Counted from the first letter of the stretch, positions 53,473-62,351 are shown. The stretch: 62,351 nucleotides of DNA from Actinomycetes bacterium (GCA_021803215.1 JAJZLV010000047.1:300-62650), one strand, 5' to 3'. Numbers and translations: made by a program. Notes: generated by a model not told the origin, from the sequence alone.

Positions 53473-54912
53473 TCACTCTCTCACCACCTGGAACGTCGCC
53501 AGGCTCGGATCGGCTGCATAGGCGATCCGGATACCTTCTCTTTGCGCGTCGAGGAGGGCTCCAACGGCCTCGGCGGTGACCCTCTCTCCCGGCGCCAACA
53601 CGGGGACGCCCGGAGGATAGGAAGCGACCAGCTCGGCGCTCACCCGGCCGACGGCCGCCTCGACGGCCACGCTCTCGGCTGGCGAGAAGAACGCCTCCCG
53701 AGGGGTGAGGACCGGATCCGGCTCCACGACCCAGCTGGCAGCGGCGGGGACAGCCCTCGGCTCGCCTCGCCGCTGAGCTATGACAGACGACAAAGCGTCG
53801 GTGAGGGCGGAGACGTCACTCGAGCTGTCGGCCAAGGTCACGAGCGCCACCAGGGTGTCTCGGTCGGCCATCTCGAGAGGCATCCCCCGAGCGATCATCT
53901 CCTCTTCGACCTCCACCCCATGGGCCCCTGTGCCCGGCAGGACGAGGACCAGCTTGGCTGGGTCGACCTGTGGCCCGTCGAGGACCACCAGGCCGGGCAC
54001 CTGTCGAAGGCGCTGCCGAGCCTCGGCGACGAGCTCGAGCGTCTCCCCGAGCAGCTCTCTGCCCTGGCGCGCCAGGAGCTCCCTCGAGGCGTCGATCGAG
54101 GCCAGGATCTGCCCCGAGGGACTCGTCGTGTGGGTCGCCTCGAAGCCACGGGCCAGTCGGGACCGGTCGATCCGCTCGCCTCTCGCCAGGATGAGGGCGC
54201 CCTGGCTGTAGGAGGGCAGCACCTTGTGAGCGCTCGTGACCATGGCATCAGCTCCGGCTGCTATCGGATGAGGAGGCAGGTCCGGATGGAAGCCGAAGTG
54301 CGCCGCCCACGCCGCGTCGACCACGAGCGGCACTCCTGCCGAGTGTGCCGCCTCGGCCAGGTCGGCGACAGGCCCAAAGGTCCCAACATAGGAAGGCTCT
54401 CCGACGAGCACCGCCCTGGCAGCGGGATGGCGCGAGAGAACGTCTCGGACCGCCCCGGCCGTGATCCCAGCGGGGAGCCCCGAGCGGGGGTCGACCTCCG
54501 GCCGGACCCAGACAGGTCTCAGCCCGGCGAGGACGAGCCCGATCAACATCGAACGATGAAGTGTCCGGCTCACCACCACCTCGTCGCCCGGGCGGCCGAG
54601 CGAGAGCGCCAGCGCCTGGTTGCCATGGGTCGAGCCGCCGACTGAGAAGCGGCAGAAGTCCGCCCCCCAGAGGGCTGCGGCAAGCGCTTCTGCCTCTTCT
54701 AGGTAGCCATTGGCGAGCTTCACGCTGTCGAGACCGCCCGAGAGTCCCAGATCGCCGGCAACCGCAGCCCCCGTGAGAGACATGGAGCCCTTGTGACCGG
54801 GCGTGATGAAGGGATGTCCCGGCCCGGCACGGCGCTCGAGACCTCGCAGGTAGGCGGCGAAGAGCGGAGCGTTCGGCGCGAGATCCCTCGGGTCCTGCTC
54901 GCTTTTGGTCAC
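53473..54912 (-). CDS. PLP-dependent Orn/Lys/Arg decarboxylase-family enzyme
   Basis: TPGHKG N-terminal motif and PLP-lysine context VTSAHKVLPSYSQGALIL. GTG start after GAAGGAGAG. Confidence 0.85.
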   Translation of the reverse strand: MTKSEQDPRDLAPNAPLFAAYLRGLERRAGPGHPFITPGHKGSMSLTGAAVAGDLGLSGGLDSVKLANGYLEEAEALAAALWGADFCRFSVGGSTHGNQALALSLGRPGDEVVVSRTLHRSMLIGLVLAGLRPVWVRPEVDPRSGLPAGITAGAVRDVLSRHPAARAVLVGEPSYVGTFGPVADLAEAAHSAGVPLVVDAAWAAHFGFHPDLPPHPIAAGADAMVTSAHKVLPSYSQGALILARGERIDRSRLARGFEATHTTSPSGQILASIDASRELLARQGRELLGETLELVAEARQRLRQVPGLVVLDGPQVDPAKLVLVLPGTGAHGVEVEEEMIARGMPLEMADRDTLVALVTLADSSSDVSALTDALSSVIAQRRGEPRAVPAAASWVVEPDPVLTPREAFFSPAESVAVEAAVGRVSAELVASYPPGVPVLAPGERVTAEAVGALLDAQREGIRIAYAADPSLATFQVVRE

Positions 54913-55469
54913 GAACTCTCCTTCTCGCTCGGGCCGTCAGAGAATAAGGACAGCATCCCGGCGCGACAAGCGGCCTTTGCCGCCGAGAGCCACCAGCGGG
55001 TCCCCGCCAGGAGAGCTGCCAAGTGCCGCCTGCAGGGCAAGGAAGTGGTCGCCGGGCTGGGTGACTGCAAGCATCGCACTCCCCCAGCCGTTGCCGATTC
55101 CTGCCCGAGTTGGGCCAGATGCGAAGCGAGCAAGAGGCGGCAAAAGGTGATCCGAGCCCGGACGACGAGCTGTCCTGACGCTCGAGAGGTGGCGGCGTGC
55201 CGGCTCTCGGGCCCGGGACAGATCGCCACGACGACGAGCTCGTTCGGACCGACCGGCCCGCGGGAATGAGACGGGGACCCGGCTCTGGAGAAGCGGTCGA
55301 GGTCACCGTGGTGAGGAAGCTGACACCATGAGGGCTTCGCCCTCCTCGCCCTCGGCCAGGTGACCAGTCGAAGGCCCGTAACTCGGGTAACGTCGCGTGC
55401 CATCAGTTGGGCCTGTGGGAGCACTCCGGCACACGCCGAACGGTCTCAGCCGAAAGACAAGGAGCCGTG

Positions 55470-56690
55470 GTGTTCAGGCGAGCAATAGTCCTCTCGGGGG
55501 GCATCGCGCTTCTCACCTTCGCACTTGGCACCTCGGTCGCCGGCGGCGCGCTCGATCGGCCTTCGCCGACGATCGGAGCGCCCGTCGGGTCTCAGGTTGT
55601 CCTCAGCTTCGGCGTACCAGGGGGCGCCGGAAAGTTCTTCCAGCTCGACCACCGAGTTCCCCGCCGGGTGACCGGCATCCCGGGGCGGGTTGTCTACGTC
55701 GCCACATCGAACTCCGACAGCTACGCCCTCACAGCTGCCGGCCAGGTCTGGGCCTGGGGCGCCGGCGGCAAGGGCGAGCTCGGAAACGGGAGGCGAGCTG
55801 CGGTCTCGGTTGCTCCTGTGCGGGTCAGCTTTCCCGCCGGGGTGCGCATCGCAGCTCTTGCCAACCCCATGCCCTACGACTCGGGCATCGCCATCGCACA
55901 GGACGGGAGCGTCTGGGGCTGGGGCTACAACTCCTTCCACTCCCTGTGCCTGCCCAAGCCCGTCGTCCTCGAGCCGAAGAGGATCCCCCTCTCCGCCGTG
56001 ACGTTGGCGAGCGGCGCCGGCGGCCATGCCCTCTTCTACTCGAGGGGCCGGGTCTACGCCTGCGGCCTCGGTTCCCACGGCGAGCTCGGCAACGGCTCGT
56101 TCGCCAAGCAGACGCGACCTGTCGCCGTCGTAGACCTTCCGCATCTACCCGTCCAGGCCCTCGTCTCGTCTTGGCAGGGCTCAGGCGCCCTGCTCACCGA
56201 CGGGCGCTACTACGACTGGGGCTACAACGCTCTCGGCCAACTCGGAGACGGCAGTCGCAAGGACAGCTCGCTTCCCGTCCGGGTACGCCTGCCGGGCCGC
56301 GTGACCGACGTCTTCCAGGGCGGCAGCACCAGGCACAACGGTCAGAGCGTCGCCATCCTCGCAAACGGCTCCGTCTGGTCCTGGGGCTCCAACTGGGCGG
56401 GCCAGCTCGGTGACGGCACCACCACGCTCTCGACGGTCCCTGTGAGGGTGGACCTCCCGAGCGGTCATCTCTGGACGCAGGTCTGCTCTGCCGGCTACTC
56501 GAGCTATGCCATTGACGCCGGCGGACGGCTCTTTGCGTGGGGCGGGAACAACTACGGGCAGCTCGGCGACGGCGGCCACCAGCGCGCCGTCCTCACTCCC
56601 GTTGCCGTCGGCCTGGACTTGACGGCGATGTCAGGTACTGCGACGAACGTGAGCGCCCTCGCGACTGCCAGGTTCCTGCCGACCCGCTGA
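55470..56690 (+). CDS. Secreted RCC1-repeat (beta-propeller) protein
   Basis: Six or more repeats of (A/S)WG.N..GQLG(D/N)G. Signal-anchor FRRAIVLSGGIALLTFALGTSVAGGA. SD AAGGAG at 55459. Start is GTG 55467 or 55470. Confidence 0.85.
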   Translation: MFRRAIVLSGGIALLTFALGTSVAGGALDRPSPTIGAPVGSQVVLSFGVPGGAGKFFQLDHRVPRRVTGIPGRVVYVATSNSDSYALTAAGQVWAWGAGGKGELGNGRRAAVSVAPVRVSFPAGVRIAALANPMPYDSGIAIAQDGSVWGWGYNSFHSLCLPKPVVLEPKRIPLSAVTLASGAGGHALFYSRGRVYACGLGSHGELGNGSFAKQTRPVAVVDLPHLPVQALVSSWQGSGALLTDGRYYDWGYNALGQLGDGSRKDSSLPVRVRLPGRVTDVFQGGSTRHNGQSVAILANGSVWSWGSNWAGQLGDGTTTLSTVPVRVDLPSGHLWTQVCSAGYSSYAIDAGGRLFAWGGNNYGQLGDGGHQRAVLTPVAVGLDLTAMSGTATNVSALATARFLPTR

Positions 56691-57234
56691 GGCGAGCCCC
56701 TCGGCGCGTGCGGCGGGGGCTCCCTCCCCGTTCGAAGACTGCCAGGCTCGCCAGTCTCTCTCTTGCGACCTCTCGCCGGCTCCCCGTTGGCCGTGCCAAC
56801 CTCGAGCCGGCTCGGACGGCGAAAGGTCGATAGCCTTGTCCCGCCACCGAGCGTGGCAGCCAGCCGACGGCCAGCTGCCCCACCCGCGGCGCCTGGCCCT
56901 CCCGTCGAACCACCGACAGCGAGCTTTGGGTTTCTGTCACCTCTCGCCCCCCTGAGAGCGATCGGAGGAGAAATGCCGAAGAAATCACGGCTTGGCATTG
57001 AACGTCATCGTTGCAGGTGCCTGAGGAGAAACGGGCGCCGTGGGTTCCCCTCGGAGCCAACTTGCAAACATTTCTGCTTGCGCTGTGGGGGGTTGACTCC
57101 CTAGGGTGGTCGAGACGGAATCCTGCAGGCTCCTGGCGGAAGCCTGCGCATAGCAGCGGACCGGTCGTTGCGGACGGCGCAACTCCACTCGTGGGTTGAA
57201 GGCTGTCCCGATCGCGGCACGGCGGGAGTAGCAG

Positions 57235-59445
57235 ATGGCAAGAAACACGCGACCAACTCGCCTTTTGCTGGCGCGCCTCACAGGTGCCCTCGCCTTACTG
57301 GCGACCTTGGCTTGTCTAAGCCCGCTTACCGCCCGCGCCAGCGAGACTCTTCGCACCCTCACCTTCAGGGGCGAGAGCTTCCAGGTGCCGAGCTCCTGGC
57401 CGGTTCTCGACACGGCCGCCGACCCGGCGGTCTGCGTCCGGTTCAACCGGCATGCCGCCTACCTCGGGGCCCCCGGCTCGGCGTCGAGCTGTCCGGCTCA
57501 GATCTTCGGGGCCGCGAGCGCCATAGAGGTGGAGAGGGCCACTTCGAGCATGCTCGCCGACGCGGCTCAGGCCGACCACTTCAAGAGCAGCCAGATCGCC
57601 GGCCAGAGCGTGCTTGTGAGCTCCAACAGCTCCGTGAGCGGACGGATAGTCGCCGACTTCCCCCAGACCGGCCTCTTCACCACGATCTCCTACCGGACGG
57701 CAGCAGGACTGAAGAGGGCCCGCCAGATCTTGAGCAGCTTCAGGCAGAGAGCTCACACGGGCTCGTCGGCCGGCTCTGCCAAAGCGGCCTCGACGGCCTC
57801 CTTCGGGCGGGCGCCTTTCGACCGGGCCACCTCGACCCGGACGACGAAGGCCACCCTCACATCCGCTCAGACCACGGTGCTTCCCCACTTCGCTGCGGTC
57901 ACTGCGGCTGGCAAGGGTTTTGACACCTGCGAAGCGCCGACCGAGAACCAGATGGCCGCCTGGCGGGCGCACTCTCCTTTCAAGTCCGTCGGCGTCTACG
58001 TCGGCGGCCCGAACGCCGCCTGCTTCAACGTCACCTCGACCTGGATGACAAACGAGACGGCGGCCGGCTGGGACGTCTTCCCGATCTACGTCGGCCTGCA
58101 GGCACCCTGTGCCAACCAGGGCAACCTGGCGTCTATCTCCACCAACACCGCTTCGGCCGCCGCACAAGGGGCAAGCGATGCCGGGAACGCCGTCGCCAAC
58201 GCCGCCAGCCTCGGCATCGGGCCGGGCGCCACGCTCTATGACGACATGGAGGCCTGGAACACCGCCAACGGGAGCTGCAACAACGACGTCATCGCCTTCG
58301 TGAAGGGCTGGACGAACCAGCTGCACGCCGACGGCTACGAGTCAGGCGTCTACTCCTCTCTCTACTCCGGGACGAACGTCCTCGAGTCGATCTACGGTCA
58401 GGTCGGCGCCCCCGATGTCATCTACTTCGCCTACTGGGACGGCGTCCCGACCACCCTCAACAGCGCCATCCCACCCAACGAGTGGCCGAACGCCCAGCGC
58501 ATCAAGCAGTACGCCAGCGGCTCGTGGAGCTACGGCGGCGTGAGCCTCAACATCGACGAGGACTACCTCAACGCCCCAGCGGTCGGCGAGCCGGCCCCGG
58601 CGGTAAGCAGCCTCACACCTGGGACTGCTCCTGCCGGCACGGACGTCTTCATCAGGGGCAGCAACCTGAACGTCGGCACGCCGACGGTCAGCTTCGGCTC
58701 GGCCGTCAGCCCCCACGTGCAGGTCATCTCACCGACAGAGCTCATCGCCACGGTACCGGCCCAGCCGGCCACGGCCAGCTCTTCGGCCACGGCCAGCGCC
58801 AGCGTCTCGGTAGACGTCCAGACGAGTGCCGGGCTGACGACCACCACCTTCACCTACGCCCCGGTGGCCGGCATGGCCGCCTACCCGCAAGGGGGCTATC
58901 TGCTCGCCTCGAGTGCCGGCAACCTGCTGAACTACCACGCCGGCTTCTACGGCTCGGCGCGCGGCAAGGCGCCGGCCCCGGTCGTCTCCGTGGCGACGAC
59001 CTCGACCGGGTACCTGCTCGTCACCTCGAAGGGGAACGTCTACAACTTCCACACCGCCTGGTACGGCTCGCTGGCGACGAGATCGCTGCCTGCGCCGGTC
59101 GTCTCCGTGGCGGCGACATCGACCGGGTACCTCCTCGTCACCTCGAAGGGGAACGTCTACAACTTCCACACCGCCTGGTACGGCTCACCTGCCCACCAGA
59201 GCGTGCCGGCACCAATCTCCGGCATCGCCGAGACCCCGAGCGGCGGTTACCTGCTCACCTCCGCCACTGGGACGGTCTACAGCTACAACACCGCCTCCTA
59301 CGGCTCGCCGACTGCCACAACCCTGCCCGCACCGGTGGTGGGGATCGCCGCCACCTCGACCGGGTACCTGCTCACGACTGCCGCCGGCAACGTCTACAAC
59401 TTGCATACCCCCTGGTACGGGTCGCCTGCGAGCGAGGCCTCCTAG
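57235..59445 (+). CDS. Secreted multidomain protein: unknown N-domain, DUF1906 (GH25-like), IPT/TIG, five 39-40-aa repeats
   Basis: Signal peptide ...LSPLTARA. DUF1906-like GKGFDTCEAPT...VGVYVGG...FPIYVG...GYESGVYSS...IKQY. TIG-like VSSLTPGTAPAGTDVFIRGSNL. C-terminal GYLL..S.GNVYN.HT.WYGS repeats. Confidence 0.8.
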   Translation: MARNTRPTRLLLARLTGALALLATLACLSPLTARASETLRTLTFRGESFQVPSSWPVLDTAADPAVCVRFNRHAAYLGAPGSASSCPAQIFGAASAIEVERATSSMLADAAQADHFKSSQIAGQSVLVSSNSSVSGRIVADFPQTGLFTTISYRTAAGLKRARQILSSFRQRAHTGSSAGSAKAASTASFGRAPFDRATSTRTTKATLTSAQTTVLPHFAAVTAAGKGFDTCEAPTENQMAAWRAHSPFKSVGVYVGGPNAACFNVTSTWMTNETAAGWDVFPIYVGLQAPCANQGNLASISTNTASAAAQGASDAGNAVANAASLGIGPGATLYDDMEAWNTANGSCNNDVIAFVKGWTNQLHADGYESGVYSSLYSGTNVLESIYGQVGAPDVIYFAYWDGVPTTLNSAIPPNEWPNAQRIKQYASGSWSYGGVSLNIDEDYLNAPAVGEPAPAVSSLTPGTAPAGTDVFIRGSNLNVGTPTVSFGSAVSPHVQVISPTELIATVPAQPATASSSATASASVSVDVQTSAGLTTTTFTYAPVAGMAAYPQGGYLLASSAGNLLNYHAGFYGSARGKAPAPVVSVATTSTGYLLVTSKGNVYNFHTAWYGSLATRSLPAPVVSVAATSTGYLLVTSKGNVYNFHTAWYGSPAHQSVPAPISGIAETPSGGYLLTSATGTVYSYNTASYGSPTATTLPAPVVGIAATSTGYLLTTAAGNVYNLHTPWYGSPASEAS
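58861..59442 (+). repeat. Five tandem 117-120-nt coding repeats; units 2 and 3 are near-identical
   Basis: Unit boundaries: 58861, 58981, 59098, 59215, 59335. Units 58981-59097 and 59098-59214 differ at 4 of their first 90 nt. Confidence 0.85.
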
Positions 59446-59502
59446 CGCGGTCAGCCGCCGCCTCTGGTTACCGCCCGGTAGGCTCGCCGCCAGGAGGCTG
59501 CC

Positions 59503-61245
59503 GTGATCGAATACGACAAGATCGAGCGGGCCATCGGGGAGAACTGGTACGAGCTCGACCCGGCCCTCAAGGCTCGCGTCCGAGCCGACTGCCCCGCCGA
59601 GGACATCGAGTGGGCTGAAGAGAAGCTCTCGGGTTTCGGCGCTCTCGTAGGCGGTCGCATAGCCGAGAACGCCGACGTGATAGACGCCTCGCCGCCCCGG
59701 CTGGAGCGTTACGACCGCTGGGCCAACGAGAGGGGCACCGTGGTCCACCACCCGGCCACGCTCGACTCGAAGTCGGCCCTGTGGGCCTCGGGCTACGTCG
59801 CCGGCTTCGAGCAGGAAGCCAAAATGCGGGGGCGGCCGGTTCCGGCCGTCGTGCTAGCGGCCAGCAACTACCTGTTGTCGGAGGCCGACACCGGCATGGT
59901 CTGCAGCCTCGGCATGACGAGCGGGGTGGCCGGTCTCGTCGAATCCTATGCCCCCGAGGACCTCCGCCAGGAGCTCCTCGCCAGGCTGCGAGCGCCGTCG
60001 ATCGAAGACGGTGCCGACGGCTCCATGTACCTGACAGAGCGCGACGGCGGCTCCGACCTCGGTTACACCGTCCACTGCACCGCACGGGACATCGGCGACG
60101 GGCGGGTCCTCATCGACGGCGAGAAGTGGTTCTGCTCGAACATCGACGGCGCCGCCATCGTGATGCTGGCCCGTCCCGAGGGCGCTCCCGACGGGCCCCA
60201 TGGCCTCGGGCTCTATCTCGTCCCCCGGGAGCTCGAGGACGGCAGCCGGAACAGCATCATCATCCGCCGGCTGAAGCCGAAACTCGGCACGAAAAGTGTC
60301 CCCACCGGCGAGGTCGAGTTCCATGGCGCCCTCGGATACGCCCTGCGGCCCAGAGGAGACGGGGCCGGCGACCCAGGAGACTTCGGGGGCCTCAACCGGA
60401 TGATGGAGATGGTGAACGGCTCCCGCTTCGGCGTGGCGATGATGGGCCTCGGCATCGCCCGCCGCTCCTTTCTCGAGTCTGCCATCTGGGCCCACCACCG
60501 CCGAGCCAAGGGACGTCTGCTGGTCGACCTCCCCCTTGTCCGTGAGCAGCTCGTCGACCTCCTCGTCGAGCTGGAGGCCGCGCTGGCGCTCGGGTTCGAG
60601 TGCGCGGCGGCGAACCACAGGGACGATGGCACCCGCCTTAGACGGATTCTCGTCCCCGCCGCCAAGATCCGCCTCTGTCGCCTGGGAGTCGAAGCTTCTT
60701 CCTTCGCAGTCGAGCTGCACGGCGGAAACGGATACTGCGAGGACTGGGGACTCACCCGCCAGTTGCGCGATGCCCAGTGCCACCCGATCTGGGAAGGCAG
60801 CGAGAACATCTGCGCCCTCGACGTCCTTAGAGCCATCCGTCGCGATGCCGCCCACGAGGCAGCCCTCGCCCGGGTGGACGGAGTGCTCGAGAGGGCGCAC
60901 GATGAGCCATCGACGAGCGAGGCGGCCGGTGCCCTGCGGCGGGCACGTGACCGCCTGGCAAGCTCCGTCGAGTCTCTCGGCGGACTGGTCGACCCCGATT
61001 GGGCAGAGGCCGGGGCAGGTCGCCTGGCGGGCCTACTCGTGAAGACCGTCTCGACGGCCCTGCTCTTGGACCAGGCTCTCGCGAGCCCCGATGACTGCCG
61101 GGCCGACCTCGTGGCTCTCAGATATGCCAGGCGTCACTTCGGCGCCGATACCCCGTTCGAGGATGCCATCGCTGCCCTCGCAGGTCGCCAGCTCCTTTCC
61201 TACCAGCCGATCGATCGCCCCCTCGCCGAGCAGGCTGCGGCCTGA
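59503..61245 (+). CDS. AidB-like acyl-CoA dehydrogenase family protein
   Basis: Long N-terminal extension, LTERDGGSDLG, GEKWFCSN and LHGGNGYCEDWGLTRQLRDA motifs. SD AGGAGG. Confidence 0.85.
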   Translation: MIEYDKIERAIGENWYELDPALKARVRADCPAEDIEWAEEKLSGFGALVGGRIAENADVIDASPPRLERYDRWANERGTVVHHPATLDSKSALWASGYVAGFEQEAKMRGRPVPAVVLAASNYLLSEADTGMVCSLGMTSGVAGLVESYAPEDLRQELLARLRAPSIEDGADGSMYLTERDGGSDLGYTVHCTARDIGDGRVLIDGEKWFCSNIDGAAIVMLARPEGAPDGPHGLGLYLVPRELEDGSRNSIIIRRLKPKLGTKSVPTGEVEFHGALGYALRPRGDGAGDPGDFGGLNRMMEMVNGSRFGVAMMGLGIARRSFLESAIWAHHRRAKGRLLVDLPLVREQLVDLLVELEAALALGFECAAANHRDDGTRLRRILVPAAKIRLCRLGVEASSFAVELHGGNGYCEDWGLTRQLRDAQCHPIWEGSENICALDVLRAIRRDAAHEAALARVDGVLERAHDEPSTSEAAGALRRARDRLASSVESLGGLVDPDWAEAGAGRLAGLLVKTVSTALLLDQALASPDDCRADLVALRYARRHFGADTPFEDAIAALAGRQLLSYQPIDRPLAEQAAA

Positions 61246-61251
61246 CGAGGG

Positions 61252-62232
61252 ATGCGAGCCTGGGCGGTGGGCCAGCCCGGACCGGCCGCCGGCCGGCCCC
61301 TCCAGCTGGTCGAGCGTGACCTCAAGGAGCCCGGCGAAGGCGAGCTACTGGCACGGGTGCGCGCCTGCGGTGTCTGTCGCACCGACCTACATCTCGCAGA
61401 AGGCGATCTCCCACCCCGCCACCCCCTGGTCGTCCCGGGCCACGAGGTGGTGGCCGAGGTCGTCTCTCTCGGACCGGGCTGCCGCGTCTTTTCCCCCGGC
61501 GACCGGATCGGCGTGCCCTGGTTGGCCTCGACCTGCGGCAGCTGCCGTTACTGCCTCAGCTCTCGCGAGAACCTGTGCGAGCGCCCGAGCTTCACGGGCT
61601 GGGACCGTGATGGCGGCTATGCCGAGCAGATTGTGGCGCGCGAAGAGTACCTCTACCCCCTGCCCGAGAACCTCTCGGACGAGAAGGCGGCGCCTCTTTT
61701 GTGCGCAGGCATCATCGGCTACCGAGCCCTCAGGCGGACGGAGCTGCCGGCAGGAGGCGAGCTCGGGATCTTCGGCTTCGGCGGCTCCGCTCACCTCGCC
61801 ATCCAGGTGGCCCTAGCGGAGGCCGCCAGCGTTCACGTCTTCACCCGCTCGGCTGAGGCTCGCCGCCTGGCGCTCTCGCTCGGTGCCAAAAGCGCCCAGA
61901 CCCCCTTCGAGCCAGCACCGCGACCACTCGACGCCGCCATCGTCTTCGCGCCCGCCGGCGAAGTGGTGCCCGCCGCCCTCGCCAGACTCGCCCCCGGTGG
62001 CCGGGCCGTGCTGGCCGGCATCTACATGTCCGACATCCCAGCCCTGGCCTATGACGCCCACCTGTTCGGCGAGAGGACGCTCACGAGCGTCACCGCCAAC
62101 ACCAGGACCGATGGGAGGAACTTCCTCGAGATCGCCGGCCGGATCGGAGTCGAGGTCACCACCACGCCCTACCCGTTCGAAGCGGCGGGCGACGCCCTAA
62201 GCGATCTGGCGGCAGGACGGGTCAGACCCTGA
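61252..62232 (+). CDS. Zinc-binding alcohol dehydrogenase (MDR family)
   Basis: GVCRTDLH, PGHEVVAEV, structural Zn site CGSCRYCLSSRENLC, and GFGGSAH Rossmann motif. Confidence 0.9.
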   Translation: MRAWAVGQPGPAAGRPLQLVERDLKEPGEGELLARVRACGVCRTDLHLAEGDLPPRHPLVVPGHEVVAEVVSLGPGCRVFSPGDRIGVPWLASTCGSCRYCLSSRENLCERPSFTGWDRDGGYAEQIVAREEYLYPLPENLSDEKAAPLLCAGIIGYRALRRTELPAGGELGIFGFGGSAHLAIQVALAEAASVHVFTRSAEARRLALSLGAKSAQTPFEPAPRPLDAAIVFAPAGEVVPAALARLAPGGRAVLAGIYMSDIPALAYDAHLFGERTLTSVTANTRTDGRNFLEIAGRIGVEVTTTPYPFEAAGDALSDLAAGRVRP

Positions 62233-62351
62233 TATTGCAGCCGGGTAGCCGAGTGCTGCTTTGAGCGCCCAGAACTTCCGGCACATGTCCGGTTGGCTCT
62301 CCGAGGCTCGTTGCAAGTCGTGTCCCGGCCGCCGAACGGAGCTGAGATGGG

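Noticed and set aside
58861-59442. Regularly spaced ~117-120-nt repeats considered as a possible CRISPR-like array
   Set aside because: The repeats are in-frame coding repeats of a secreted protein. There is no repeat-spacer architecture and no cas genes are present.
62196-62351. Partial minus-strand reading frame entering from the right edge (...QPDMCRKFWALKAALGYPAAIS...)
   Set aside because: Only ~50 codons are visible, GC3 is ~70%, it overlaps the ADH 3' end, and no family is recognised. The evidence is too weak for a call.

Overview
High-GC, actinobacterial-type chromosomal segment, densely coding on both strands. All family calls come from reading the supplied translations by eye; no search was run. 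I support about 55 protein genes. They include:
- a WhiB regulator and a DUF3501-rubrerythrin pair;
- MarR plus a two-gene ABC exporter;
- an L,D-transpeptidase, SurE and an Rpf-like transglycosylase;
- an LLM oxidoreductase-GNAT-glycerate kinase trio, and AroA;
- an RsbV/RsbW/SigF-type stress-sigma module;
- three MFS pumps, two with MarR or TetR partners;
- FdhD, an AurF-like diiron oxygenase, malic enzyme and an alpha-glucan phosphorylase;
- a MoxR-VWA-NfeD-SPFH operon;
- a cysteine-dioxygenase-like cupin plus an amidase;
- a Z-prenyl diphosphate synthase, DUF3048, an ABC-2 exporter and a GT-C-like membrane protein;
- a GGDEF-EAL protein and an S9 peptidase;
- a PLP-decarboxylase/PRC-barrel/Rieske cluster;
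- secreted RCC1-repeat and DUF1906-TIG-repeat proteins;
- an AidB-like acyl-CoA dehydrogenase and a Zn-ADH.

I saw no rRNA, tRNA, CRISPR array, transposase, integrase or recognisable defence system. Many long track ORFs are antisense or off-frame shadows typical of high-GC DNA.

The most interesting signals lie outside the ORF track:
1. A small SigF island at 16.6-19.2 kb has exact GTTT-N15/17-GGGTAT promoters. One drives a 51-aa hydrophobic protein that is missing from the track. The other sits directly downstream of sigF and leads to a perfect intrinsic terminator, giving a candidate ~230-nt sRNA with C-rich loops.
2. A Fe(III)-type ABC importer operon at 35.7-37.7 kb is decayed. It carries a ~110-bp MITE-like insertion with terminal inverted repeats and a 9-bp flanking duplication.
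3. MoxR-VWA and NfeD-SPFH form one tightly coupled four-gene operon.
4. Hairpin-dense or unassignable intergenic blocks lie at 32.9-33.7, 44.5-44.9 and 54.9-55.5 kb, alongside other gene remnants.
5. A secreted protein carries nearly identical 117-nt tandem coding repeats.

I cannot name one clear-cut novel system. These are ranked candidates, and each needs the stated check.
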